From a virus (lineage: Duplodnaviria; Caudoviricetes), in IMG/VR virus record IMGVR_UViG_3300044515_000029, positions 1 through 50,523 of that record: a DNA stretch of 50,523 nt, one strand, 5' to 3'. Each line of letters starts with the position of its first letter. Within the stretch, counting starts at the first letter, position 1. The position numbers and the translations under genes are program-made. A model generated the notes under the pieces. The model ran no database searches and was not told where the DNA came from. It saw only the letters and a program-made list of their open reading frames with translations. Shown here one piece after another: positions 17,972 through 27,473 of the stretch.

Positions 17972-18499
17972 ATGTTCTCGAATTTCCGTAAGTCACTGAT
18001 GAGCGTGTTCGCCGCGGCCGCGGTGTTCACGATTCTGAGCCTCTCGCCGCCCCCGGCAGAAGCCGGCGCAATGTCGAATTTCCTGACGAACAAGGTTATC
18101 GACTTCATCATGCGCGGCCAGGCGTACACGCCGCCGACGACCGTGTTCGTCGCGCTCGCGACTGGCGCGGGAAGCTCTGCCGCTTGCGGCACCGAAGTGA
18201 CCGGCGGCTCTTATGCGCGCGTTGCGGTCACGAGCTCGCTCACCAACTGGGCGGGCACTCAAGGCGCGACTACGACCGCAGTCTCAAGCGGTTCCAGCGG
18301 GCAGACGTCCAATAACGCGACGATTACATTCCCATCGCCTACGGCGAACTGGGGAACCGTCATCGAGTTTTGTGTGCTGGATGCCAGCTCGGGCGGCAAT
18401 TTGCTCTGGCGCGCATCGCTGACCACGTCGAAGACTGTAAATAATGGCGATGCCGCCCCGTCCTTTGCGATCAGCGCGCTGACTTGGACTCTCAACTAG
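17972..18499 (+). CDS. Small beta-rich fibre subunit with predicted signal peptide
   Basis: GGAG SD; MFSNFRK-hydrophobic-AEA/G; mature part TVFVAL.T..GTEV.GGSYAR..V...ITFP.PTANWGTV is a recognisable phage fibre-subunit pattern. Confidence 0.7.
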   Translation: MFSNFRKSLMSVFAAAAVFTILSLSPPPAEAGAMSNFLTNKVIDFIMRGQAYTPPTTVFVALATGAGSSAACGTEVTGGSYARVAVTSSLTNWAGTQGATTTAVSSGSSGQTSNNATITFPSPTANWGTVIEFCVLDASSGGNLLWRASLTTSKTVNNGDAAPSFAISALTWTLN

Positions 18500-18518
18500 T
18501 ACATGCCGGAGAATCATA

Positions 18519-20096
18519 GTGAGCCCTCCGTCGAGACTCGAAATCTCGATTCCGACCGCATCTTTCGACGGGGTTTTTCACGGCAGATACCCTCATGGAG
18601 ATGCGCCAGCAGGCCCTGTTCTACAGGGCGCTGCGGCTGACGCTACGTCGGCCAGCGGAGTGCTAACCACTAGCGGCGGCGGCGCTCCAATACCAACGCT
18701 TTTTATCTCGACCACGGGAAGCGACTCGAACCCAGGAACGCTGGCGCAGCCTTGGGCGATCACATCGCTGCTGTCTAACAGCGCGAATCAAGCATCGATG
18801 GTCGGCCAGGTCATTGGCATGGTAGCGGGCACCTACGCGACCAGCGGCATGCAGAGCACGACATCACCGGGTTCCTTTGATACCCCGGTTCTGACTTTGC
18901 CGCAGGGCTCTGCTGGCAATATCACGACATTGGTCTCTTGCAATTCGAGCGGTGTTTACACGCAGCGCGTGGCGATCCTCGATAACTCATCGAGCACGTC
19001 TGGCAACCCGCTCATCGGCCAAGATCCAAGTCACGCAGGATTTTGGGCGCTCGACGGACTGACCATTAAGGGGAATCCGACCAATGCGGCGGCTGTCTTC
19101 ATGGTGACTGGCCGCTACGCAGCGAGTACTACGGGAGGCACTTCCTTCGCCGCATCCAACATCACGATTCAGAACTGTGAGATTTTCAGTTTCACGACGA
19201 CCAGCAACGGAGGATCGAATTCCGGCGGCGTTATCATGCAGGGAACTACCGGCACGAAGTTCCTGAACAACTATGTTCACGACATCGTAGCCACCGGCAG
19301 CGCGACCAACATAGAGCACTGTCATGGTTACGAGGAATTCGGCTGCATAAATTCCGTCATTCACTTCAACACCTTCGCCAATTGCCAGGGCGCAGCAGTC
19401 GACATTAAGACCGGATGCTCTGGGCAGGATATTGCGAACAACTATTTCTATCTGTGTGGCACGACAGATGGCGGTAACGGCTCCGGCGCAATCACGGGAT
19501 GCGATGGAGCGGAGGGAAACCCGAATACCCCAGGAACCTCCTACTCAATCCATCACAACATCTTCGATAGCTGCAACTCGGAGATCTCGACCGATGTAAA
19601 CAACGTCAGAGAGCAAAGCGGAAGCACGTTTAATAACACGATCTATAACTCTCGGGCTGGATCAATCAACCCGATCAATTTTCGAGTCTTGAACGGCGCG
19701 TCATGGCAGTTGTTCAACACCATCCTAGTGACGACCGCTAATAGCAGCGGCGGCGGAAATGCTGGCTCAGGCGGCGTAGCGCTCACCACTGGCGGATGGT
19801 CGAATGTGAAAAATAACTGCTATTTCCTGCACTCAAGCAGTTCGATGTGGGGACAAAGCGGAACAAATTTCAGTTCTCTATCCGCCTGGCAGGCCGCCAC
19901 CGGATCGCCAGATGCCAACTCGATTGCGGCAAATCCGGTGTTCTCTTCTGCCATTACTCCTGGCAATGGCACGACGCAGTTTCAACTTGGGAGCGGCTCG
20001 CCATGCTTGGGGACGGGCGTAGGTGGCGTGAACATGGGGGCGTGGGATGGAACCGTTACGCAGATCGGCTGCAACTTTGAAACTGCGGTGAGCTAA
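18519..20096 (+). CDS. Right-handed beta-helix (pectate lyase-like) spike or depolymerase
   Basis: FIST.GSDSNPGT.AQPW, repeated NN/NT stacks, C-terminal FQL.SGSPCLG.G...MGAW. Confidence 0.75.
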   Translation: MSPPSRLEISIPTASFDGVFHGRYPHGDAPAGPVLQGAAADATSASGVLTTSGGGAPIPTLFISTTGSDSNPGTLAQPWAITSLLSNSANQASMVGQVIGMVAGTYATSGMQSTTSPGSFDTPVLTLPQGSAGNITTLVSCNSSGVYTQRVAILDNSSSTSGNPLIGQDPSHAGFWALDGLTIKGNPTNAAAVFMVTGRYAASTTGGTSFAASNITIQNCEIFSFTTTSNGGSNSGGVIMQGTTGTKFLNNYVHDIVATGSATNIEHCHGYEEFGCINSVIHFNTFANCQGAAVDIKTGCSGQDIANNYFYLCGTTDGGNGSGAITGCDGAEGNPNTPGTSYSIHHNIFDSCNSEISTDVNNVREQSGSTFNNTIYNSRAGSINPINFRVLNGASWQLFNTILVTTANSSGGGNAGSGGVALTTGGWSNVKNNCYFLHSSSSMWGQSGTNFSSLSAWQAATGSPDANSIAANPVFSSAITPGNGTTQFQLGSGSPCLGTGVGGVNMGAWDGTVTQIGCNFETAVS

Positions 20097-21319
20097 TGCT
20101 TAAAAGAATTGTAGCGATCGCGTTTATGGCACTCGTGCCGGCGTTGTCATGGGCGAATTACGCCTTTGTGAGCCAAGCGCAGAATGCATCAAACGGCAAT
20201 ACGGTCACTGTGTCGCCGGCGGCTGGACATTTCCTAATTGTTGTGTCTCAGACCAGCGCCGGCGGTGGCACGCCTACCGCCTCGATATCGGACAATCTAG
20301 GAGATACCTGGACTGTTGGCAAAGCGACGTCTCAGGACGGAACTATAGCCAATAACTTTTTCTCAATATTCTACTTACCGGTCGCGCCCGCCGGCATAAC
20401 AACTATCACCCTTACCTACGCTGGCGGAACGCCTGGTGCCGCGAATATCGCCTTTGTCGAATATAGCGGTCTTTCCTCCACTGGATTCCAGGGCGTCTCA
20501 ACCTTCAATCAGCAGCAAAATCCTGGAACCGCAACCAATGCGATTACGACTAACAACATCAATGTCGCCACGCAACCTGGGGCATTGATTGGATGGTTCA
20601 ATGACGGGGCTGGCAGCGGTGGTTGGACTGCCGGAACGTCGCCGCTTACGTTTACCATGCGCGTCAACGGCAGCTTCAACATGCTGGAGGACGCGCGCGT
20701 TACGGCGACCGGCAACGCTTTGGCGAATGCGACCAGCACTCATGGTACGACCCAGACGTATATAACCTACGCGATATTCATTGCTGAGCCATCATCAGGC
20801 GGTGGTGCGGCGCTGGCATCTGCCGCAACCGATGCGGTTACCGCCGTGGGTGCGCTAACGACTGTATCATCGGCCTTCGTTCCGCTCCTGCTCGACAACG
20901 CCTCGCGCTCTGACAATCTTTTGCTTGGCACCGCGCCGGGCGACGGAACGGGAGACAGCGCTCGCATTGGCGGAACGAAGCTCAAGCAATGGGCGGCCGA
21001 TGCGAACGCCATGTTCTCGCAGCTCTACCCGAACCGCAGCCTGCAGACGCCGACGACTGGTTTCTCTATTGCCGCCTCGATTGGCGTCACTCAACTCGTT
21101 CTCAATCCGGCGGGCACGCTGGCAACGGGTACGGTCACGCTGCCGACTCTGCCCGGCGATAATCAGCCGTTCACGCTCATGACGTCTCAGACGGTCACCA
21201 CGTTGACCGTCAACACGGCGGACACAAGCACCATCAACGGCGCGCCGACCACGATCAGCGCTAATACGAGCGTCAAATTTCGGTACATAACCTCGCTGAA
21301 TAGGTGGTTCCGCGAATAG
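20096..21319 (+). CDS. Fibre-associated protein with signal peptide and DGTGD motif
   Basis: MLKRIVAIAFMALVPALSWA/NY; GTAPGDGTGDSAR...MFSQLY resembles the T4 gp9/gp10 N-terminal motif. Confidence 0.7.
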   Translation: MLKRIVAIAFMALVPALSWANYAFVSQAQNASNGNTVTVSPAAGHFLIVVSQTSAGGGTPTASISDNLGDTWTVGKATSQDGTIANNFFSIFYLPVAPAGITTITLTYAGGTPGAANIAFVEYSGLSSTGFQGVSTFNQQQNPGTATNAITTNNINVATQPGALIGWFNDGAGSGGWTAGTSPLTFTMRVNGSFNMLEDARVTATGNALANATSTHGTTQTYITYAIFIAEPSSGGGAALASAATDAVTAVGALTTVSSAFVPLLLDNASRSDNLLLGTAPGDGTGDSARIGGTKLKQWAADANAMFSQLYPNRSLQTPTTGFSIAASIGVTQLVLNPAGTLATGTVTLPTLPGDNQPFTLMTSQTVTTLTVNTADTSTINGAPTTISANTSVKFRYITSLNRWFRE

Positions 21320-21333
21320 CAGGAGCCTAAAGC

Positions 21334-22914
21334 ATGGCTTTATGGACGTTCGACTCTTCGGCGGTCACGTTTGATTCGACTTCTGCGACATTCGACGGAT
21401 CACAGGGCGGCGGGGGAGGGGCGGCGCTTGCCGGCGCATCAACCGATGCGGTCACGGCGGCAGGCGGGCTAATCAATTTCGCGAGCGTCACGCTCGTGGC
21501 GCCGCTCTACACCGGGGTAGGGGGCATATTCGACCCGAACCTCGTATGGCCGTTCTCGACGCCTGTCGTCGGGAGCGTGGTCAAGTACGATCCGGCAGCT
21601 ATCACCGTGCTGCCAGACGGCCAAATAAATGCGACCGCGAACAACGTCGCGGCTGAGATTCAGTATTTCGACGGCGTCAATCTCAATGAGATAGACGTTT
21701 TCATCACGCCGACGATGGTCGGCTACGCCTTTGACGGCACGATCGCCTCGGGCACTTTCGTAGGCGCTGCGGCCCTCGCTGCTGCTGCTGCGAATCTATC
21801 GAGCGCTGCCGGCGTACTGACGACCGGAATACCGCTACAGGCGGCAGCCTCAAACCTGACGTCGGCGGTCGGCGCGCTCAACACCGCGATCCAATTGGCG
21901 TCCGCTGCCTCGGATTCATCGAGCGCGAGTGCGCTGCTCGGTGCTGTAGGCGCGAACCTGGCGGGGGCTGCAACCGACACGAGCAGCGGGAACGCCTCGC
22001 TGACGACGCTGATCGCGGTTGCTGGTGCGGCTGCTGATGTCGCGAGCGCTGCGGCGGCTCTGTCGACCGCGATTCAACTGGCAGCCCAGGCCACTGACTC
22101 GACCACCGCGTCAGGCCCGATTCGCACGAACATCCTGTTTATCGGCGCGGCGACTGACTCTATCAGCGGCGCGGGCCTCTTGGGCTCGATACAGGTACTT
22201 CAAGCCGCGGCGAACGATGTAACGACTGCGTTCGGCAGCCTGATTACTCAGATTGCACTCGCGGCGGCGGCGAGCTCGACCAGCATCGCGGCCGGTAGCC
22301 TGACATCGCAGATCAAGCTATCCGGATCCGCGACCGATTCAGTCACCGCAAGCGGCGCCCTGGGCGTCCTCGCGCTCAACTTAAGGCCGTCGCATTTGAT
22401 AGTCACATCGTTCTACAGCAACCAGCTTCTCGGCCAGGCGGGACCGCTGCCGTATGGCGAGTTTTTCTCGAGAGTGGATGATGTCGAGATTTACGCGATC
22501 GACTGGACCGGCTGGCTCACTAATTTTTGGGAGCGCGGCGCGATGGTTGCGCCCGGCTCGGTGATTCGACCGACTGCGCCGAACGGCTTCCAGTTCGTCA
22601 CGACCCTGGGCGGGCAGTCCGGCAATGCAGAGCCGGTATGGCCGAACGCAATCGGTCAGATGGCTACTGACGGCAGTGTCGTCTGGACTTGCGAGGCGAT
22701 CGACCTCAACTCGCTTTTCGCGAACGTGCAAAGCGCCGAATGGGTAGTTCAGAGCGGCATCACCGTGAAGGGACAGGAACAGTCGGGGAATCTCACGCTC
22801 GCGGAGCTCGACGCCACGGGCGCAACGGCAGGCCAGAACTACGCGGTCAACGTCGAAACGACGATGAGCGACGGCGAAACCAAGGTAGGCCAGATCGTCC
22901 TCAAGGTTCGATAA
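21334..22914 (+). CDS. Fibre scaffold/adaptor with 12 copies of a 20-aa Ala-rich repeat
   Basis: TFDS repeats at N-terminus; LxGAATDxxxAxGxLT repeats; C-terminal YAIDW.GWL and EPVWP...TDGSVVWT. Confidence 0.7.
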   Translation: MALWTFDSSAVTFDSTSATFDGSQGGGGGAALAGASTDAVTAAGGLINFASVTLVAPLYTGVGGIFDPNLVWPFSTPVVGSVVKYDPAAITVLPDGQINATANNVAAEIQYFDGVNLNEIDVFITPTMVGYAFDGTIASGTFVGAAALAAAAANLSSAAGVLTTGIPLQAAASNLTSAVGALNTAIQLASAASDSSSASALLGAVGANLAGAATDTSSGNASLTTLIAVAGAAADVASAAAALSTAIQLAAQATDSTTASGPIRTNILFIGAATDSISGAGLLGSIQVLQAAANDVTTAFGSLITQIALAAAASSTSIAAGSLTSQIKLSGSATDSVTASGALGVLALNLRPSHLIVTSFYSNQLLGQAGPLPYGEFFSRVDDVEIYAIDWTGWLTNFWERGAMVAPGSVIRPTAPNGFQFVTTLGGQSGNAEPVWPNAIGQMATDGSVVWTCEAIDLNSLFANVQSAEWVVQSGITVKGQEQSGNLTLAELDATGATAGQNYAVNVETTMSDGETKVGQIVLKVR

Positions 22915-23502
22915 ATGACCGAATCCTACAAGACCGCGAGAGAGAAGATTGACGCAGCGCTGAGCCGTGCTCCGGTTCGCAAAGTCGTCATCCTTAAGCG
23001 CGGCTCTGACGGGTTATTCATTCAGCCGACGACCACGGGAGCCGAGTACGAGTTTGAGGAAGCGCACAGGCGCATGGCCTTCGCTGAGGGCTACAAGTAC
23101 GCGGACGAGACTACCGGCAACACCCGCACGTTCGACCCGAAAGGGAATTACATCTGCGGCGAGTGCAACAAGGCCGATGACAAGCCATACGCCCTCTGCC
23201 TGTTCGTCTGCCAGGACGGCAAGCCACTCTCCGCGATTGATATCGACCGCAAGGCCGGAAGCTGCGGGTACTGGGAGGACACATGCGCGGGAGACCCCGA
23301 GCTCAAGAATCCTCAGAAGCCCGAGACCGTGGCCGTGTACGGAGTAGCGAAGAACGGCGAGGGATTTGGCTGTCATCGTTGTCCCTTCGCTTCTGATGCG
23401 ATTGCGCCGGATAGCCGAGGCAGAAAGCTCTACTGCGGGAAGGGATCGTTTCGCGTTGCTTGGAATGCCTGCTGTGAGTTGAACGGAGCGCCGACGGTAT
23501 GA
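22915..23502 (+). CDS. Cys-rich protein with two HiPIP-like motifs
   Basis: CGEC...C...GSCGYW and CHRC...C...ACC. Confidence 0.6.
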   Translation: MTESYKTAREKIDAALSRAPVRKVVILKRGSDGLFIQPTTTGAEYEFEEAHRRMAFAEGYKYADETTGNTRTFDPKGNYICGECNKADDKPYALCLFVCQDGKPLSAIDIDRKAGSCGYWEDTCAGDPELKNPQKPETVAVYGVAKNGEGFGCHRCPFASDAIAPDSRGRKLYCGKGSFRVAWNACCELNGAPTV

Positions 23503-23696
23503 ACCTCATCCCCAAGGCGACCTTTGTCGTGGACAAGAACGGAAAGCCTAAGCGGGTATTGATCAACGGTATTGAGGTATGCGCAGGGGCCTTACTCACT
23601 CACGCAGGATTCGAGTGCGGCCCCGATGGGGTCTTTGATCTTCGCTTGACGTTTGCCGTGACGGGAATCGAGACGGTTACGGAGGCCGCATCATGA
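23499..23696 (+). CDS. Hypothetical protein
   Basis: ATGA overlap, GGAG SD. Confidence 0.55.
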   Translation: MNLIPKATFVVDKNGKPKRVLINGIEVCAGALLTHAGFECGPDGVFDLRLTFAVTGIETVTEAAS

Positions 23697-23862
23697 CCTG
23701 GGGCCTGTTCTTCGTTTTGGTCTGCGCGCTGTTCTCTGCGCGGCTCGGCCCTGTTTTCTCTCGTGATTTACCTTTCCATGCTCAATTGGATCGGACACTT
23801 TTAGCGGCGCCGACGCGCTGAATTTTCTCAAGTTTTTGTAAAACAACCCCATAGGTGGCCCG

Positions 23863-24387
23863 ATGGCTATCAAATGCGGGGCCAAGACTCGTGCTGGCGG
23901 CAGATGCCGAAAAGCCGGGATGCCTAAAAATGGGCGCTGTCGTTTTCACGGCGGATTGAGTACAGGCCCAGGAAAAGGCAATCAGAACGCTGCGACGCAT
24001 GGAATCTATGCGAAGCATCTGACCGAGGACGAACGCGAGGTTTACGCGTCGCTCAAATTCGGCAACGTCGAGCACGAGTTGAGCCTGCAGCGCATCCGCC
24101 TTGCTCGCGCTCTCGCGGCTGAGACCGCGGCGAACGGCAAGCCCGAGCTTGATGAAGTCACGACGCACGACCAGATCGGCGAGGAAGGCTCGCGCGAGGA
24201 CCGCAAGGAAAAGGTCCGCGATTACGTCGGCATCATTGACCGCATAACCGCGCGCATTGAGTCGCTTGAGAAAACTCGCGCGCTGCTAATTGAGCTTGGC
24301 GCCGATCCGAACAAGGACGCGCCGAGCGCCGATGCGCTGACGCCTGGCAAGCCCGATGAAGCGACGCCAGCAGCACCGATCCGCTGA
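23863..24387 (+). CDS. terS: Terminase small subunit (HGGxSTG domain)
   Basis: CGAKTRAGGRC...GRCRFHGGLSTG..GNQNA.THG.Y; upstream of terL. Confidence 0.8.
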   Translation: MAIKCGAKTRAGGRCRKAGMPKNGRCRFHGGLSTGPGKGNQNAATHGIYAKHLTEDEREVYASLKFGNVEHELSLQRIRLARALAAETAANGKPELDEVTTHDQIGEEGSREDRKEKVRDYVGIIDRITARIESLEKTRALLIELGADPNKDAPSADALTPGKPDEATPAAPIR

Positions 24388-25717
24388 GGTAATCAACCTT
24401 ACAGCGAAGCAAGCCAACGTCTACGCGTGGGGCTGGCAGGCTGTAGCGAGATTCCGGGATGCGGTCTGCGGTCGTCGTTTCGGCAAGACGTACCTGGGCG
24501 CTGCGGAGATGCGACGAGCTGCTGAGCTTGCCGCACGGTGGAATGTCCACCCTGACGACGAAATATGGTACTGCGCGCCGACGTTCAAACAGGCGAAGCG
24601 GGTATTTTGGCGGCGCCTCAAGCGCGCCATACCGCGCGAGTGGATCGACGGCAAGCCGAACGAAACCGAGTGCTGCATTACGCTGCGCAGCGGTCACGTT
24701 ATCCGCGTCGTCGGCCTGGACTCGTACGACAACCTGCGCGGCTCGGGCCTGTTCTTCGTCCTGATCGATGAATGGGCGGATTGCCCCTATGTGGCCTGGG
24801 AGGAAGTGCTCCGGCCGATGCTCGCGACGTGCAAGTGGTTCGTAGACGGGGTTCTGCACTTCGGCGGCCATGCTCTGCGCATTGGAACCCCGAAGGGCTT
24901 CAATCACTGTTACGACACGTACAACAAGGGTCAGTCCGGCGGCGAGCCTGACCATAAGTCATGGTTTTACTCGACCCTGGACGGCGGCAACGTGCCGCTG
25001 GCAGAGATCGAGGCCGCGCGGCGAAATCTCGACCCTCGAACGTTCCGGCAAGAGTACCTAGCGAGCTTCGAGAATTACTCGGGCCGCGTCTATTACGCCT
25101 TCGACCGCCGGGAATCGGTGCGGTCATGCCCGTATAACGCGTTGCTACCGCTGCACGTGGGCATGGACTTCAACGTCAACCCAATGTCAGCGACCATCTG
25201 GCAAGAACAGCCTGGCGGCGATCTCTGGCAGATTGGCGAAGTAGTCATTCCGACCAGCGATACGGGCGAGATGGCGCGAGAGATTGCCGCGCGGTACGGG
25301 AAGCAGATCCCAGGCACGAAGCCGGACGTTCGGCACGTCACGATCTATCCCGACCCTGCCGGCGCGCAGCGAAAGACGAGCGCGCAGGGTAAGACCGATT
25401 TCAGCATCCTTCGGGAGCACGGGTTTACCGTCTACGCCATGAACGCGCACCCGCTGGTGCGTGACAGGGTCAACCTGACGAACGGTAAGTTCTTGAGCGC
25501 CGACGGAAAGCGCCATGCGTTCGTTGATCCTTCCTGCCGCGAATCGATCAAGTGCTACGAGCAGTTGACCTACAAGGAAGGCACCAGCGATTGGGAAAGG
25601 TCGCCTGACAAGTCTCTCGGGCTCGACCATCTGCCGGATGCGACCGGGTATTACATCTACACGCGGTTTGCGTACAAGCCTGCGCACGGCGCGCAGATTC
25701 ACCACATGGGACGGTAA
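24356..25717 (+). CDS. terL: Terminase large subunit
   Basis: Walker A GRRFGKT, Walker B LIDE, IGTPKG.N, nuclease GMDFNVNP, DH..DA.GY. Confidence 0.95.
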   Translation: MKRRQQHRSAEVINLTAKQANVYAWGWQAVARFRDAVCGRRFGKTYLGAAEMRRAAELAARWNVHPDDEIWYCAPTFKQAKRVFWRRLKRAIPREWIDGKPNETECCITLRSGHVIRVVGLDSYDNLRGSGLFFVLIDEWADCPYVAWEEVLRPMLATCKWFVDGVLHFGGHALRIGTPKGFNHCYDTYNKGQSGGEPDHKSWFYSTLDGGNVPLAEIEAARRNLDPRTFRQEYLASFENYSGRVYYAFDRRESVRSCPYNALLPLHVGMDFNVNPMSATIWQEQPGGDLWQIGEVVIPTSDTGEMAREIAARYGKQIPGTKPDVRHVTIYPDPAGAQRKTSAQGKTDFSILREHGFTVYAMNAHPLVRDRVNLTNGKFLSADGKRHAFVDPSCRESIKCYEQLTYKEGTSDWERSPDKSLGLDHLPDATGYYIYTRFAYKPAHGAQIHHMGR

Positions 25718-25720
25718 TAA

Positions 25721-25912
25721 ATGCACGATCGAAACGGAACCCCGCTCAAAGTTGGCGACGTCGTCACTGTCGAGTACGTCATCACGCACGTGAGCCCAGG
25801 CCCAGACTATTGCAACGTCAGCGCGCAATCGGTGGAAAACCGCAAGCCGGACGGCGCGAAAGAACACTTTTCGGGCAACTCTGCCGTGACCGTATTGCAG
25901 CGGGCAATCTAA
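25721..25912 (+). CDS. Small SH3/KOW-like protein
   Basis: DRNGTPLKVGDVVTV. Confidence 0.5.
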   Translation: MHDRNGTPLKVGDVVTVEYVITHVSPGPDYCNVSAQSVENRKPDGAKEHFSGNSAVTVLQRAI

Positions 25913-25921
25913 GGCCGATAA

Positions 25922-27403
25922 ATGCCTGATTTTCGCACGCTCAAAGACGGGTACCAGAAAGACCCGGACTTTCCGCAGCGCACGCACCACATTCTCGCGC
26001 TGGCCCGCGTCATCGACGGCAAGCTCTATAGCGAGCTCAAGAACGCATTCAGCGAGGAAAAGAACGAGGCGGGCGAATACCTGCCGCTGGCAACTCGCAG
26101 GCCATCGGCGCGCACGCGGTTCTGTCAGACGGTCGTCAATGACTCGGTGTCGCTGCTGTTCTCGGAGGGTCACTTCCCGGAAGTGGACTGCAAGGACGAG
26201 GGCACGCGCAAGGGCCTCGCGACCATCATCAAGGAATCATCCCTAAACGGCGTGATGATCGAGGCCGCAACGCTCGGATCAGTCGGCTCGATCTGCATTT
26301 TGCTGAAAGTGCTGAAAAGCCGCGTTTTCTTCGACGTGATGCGGACCCCGTACCTCACGCCGGAGTGGGACAAGGACGCGCCCGACACGCTCAAAAAGGT
26401 CACCGAGCGCTACAAGCTCAAAGGCGCGGACCTCAAGGCCGGCGGCTACACGATCGCCGATGACGACCTTGCGTCCGATTTCTGGTTCCAGCGCATCTGG
26501 GACGATAAGGCCGAGAATTGGTATCTGCCGCAGTCGATGGAGGATGCGAAGGCAAAAAAGCCGATGCTTATCGACAGCGCGAAAACGGTCGCGCACAAGC
26601 TCGGGTTTTGCCCGATGGTGTGGGTCAAGAACCTACCATGCGGTGACAACGATATTGACGGCGCCGCGACGTTCCCGCACGAGGCGATTGATACGCAGAT
26701 CGAGGCCGACTACCTGCTGTCCCAGGGCGGCCGCGGCCTAAAATACCAGTCTGACCCGACGCTGCATATCAAAGAGCCCGCGTTCAGCGAAGGCGGTGCA
26801 GTCGTCAAGGGCGCGGCAAACGCGATCATCACGAGCGCCGAGGGCGACGCGAAGCTGCTGGAAATCAACGGCGATGCGGCCAGCGCCGTCATGGAATGGG
26901 TCAAGGCCTTACGCGAGATCACGCTCGAAGGCATGGGCGGAAATCGCTCGAATGCTGACAAGCTCAGCGCGGCACAGTCAGGCCGGGCAATGGAACTGAT
27001 GAATCAGTCCTTGATCTGGCTCGCAGACAAGCTGCGCATCAGCTACGGCGAGGGAGCGCTTCTCGAATTGCTGTGCATGATCGTGCGCGCATCCGAAAAG
27101 TTCCCGCTCAAGGACAAGCGCGGCCGCAGCATCAAGGCATTGAGCCAGGACAAGGACATCTCCTTGCGCTGGCCCGCCTGGTACGCGCCGACCTATGCCG
27201 ACAAGTCGACGCAGGCGACCACGCTCGACGTATTGCGCGGTGGTGGGCTGCTTTCGCAGGAAACCGCAGTCAAGTCGCTGGCGGATTCCTACGACATCGA
27301 GGACGTGCCGGCAGAGCTCGCGAAGATCAAGACAGACGACCCGCCGCCGAACAGCGTCGCTGCGAAGCCTGACAAGTCGCCGCTCAGTGCGGCCAATGAT
27401 TAA
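25922..27403 (+). CDS. Portal protein
   Basis: 493 aa after terL; HKLGFCPMVW..N, SG.AM, LSQETAV SPP1-like features. Confidence 0.85.
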   Translation: MPDFRTLKDGYQKDPDFPQRTHHILALARVIDGKLYSELKNAFSEEKNEAGEYLPLATRRPSARTRFCQTVVNDSVSLLFSEGHFPEVDCKDEGTRKGLATIIKESSLNGVMIEAATLGSVGSICILLKVLKSRVFFDVMRTPYLTPEWDKDAPDTLKKVTERYKLKGADLKAGGYTIADDDLASDFWFQRIWDDKAENWYLPQSMEDAKAKKPMLIDSAKTVAHKLGFCPMVWVKNLPCGDNDIDGAATFPHEAIDTQIEADYLLSQGGRGLKYQSDPTLHIKEPAFSEGGAVVKGAANAIITSAEGDAKLLEINGDAASAVMEWVKALREITLEGMGGNRSNADKLSAAQSGRAMELMNQSLIWLADKLRISYGEGALLELLCMIVRASEKFPLKDKRGRSIKALSQDKDISLRWPAWYAPTYADKSTQATTLDVLRGGGLLSQETAVKSLADSYDIEDVPAELAKIKTDDPPPNSVAAKPDKSPLSAAND

Positions 27404-27473
27404 CGGCGAGGCCGACGCCTCGACGTGACGACCGCTTGCCCGATGGCGAGCATTTCAACAAGGAGAGGGCCAG

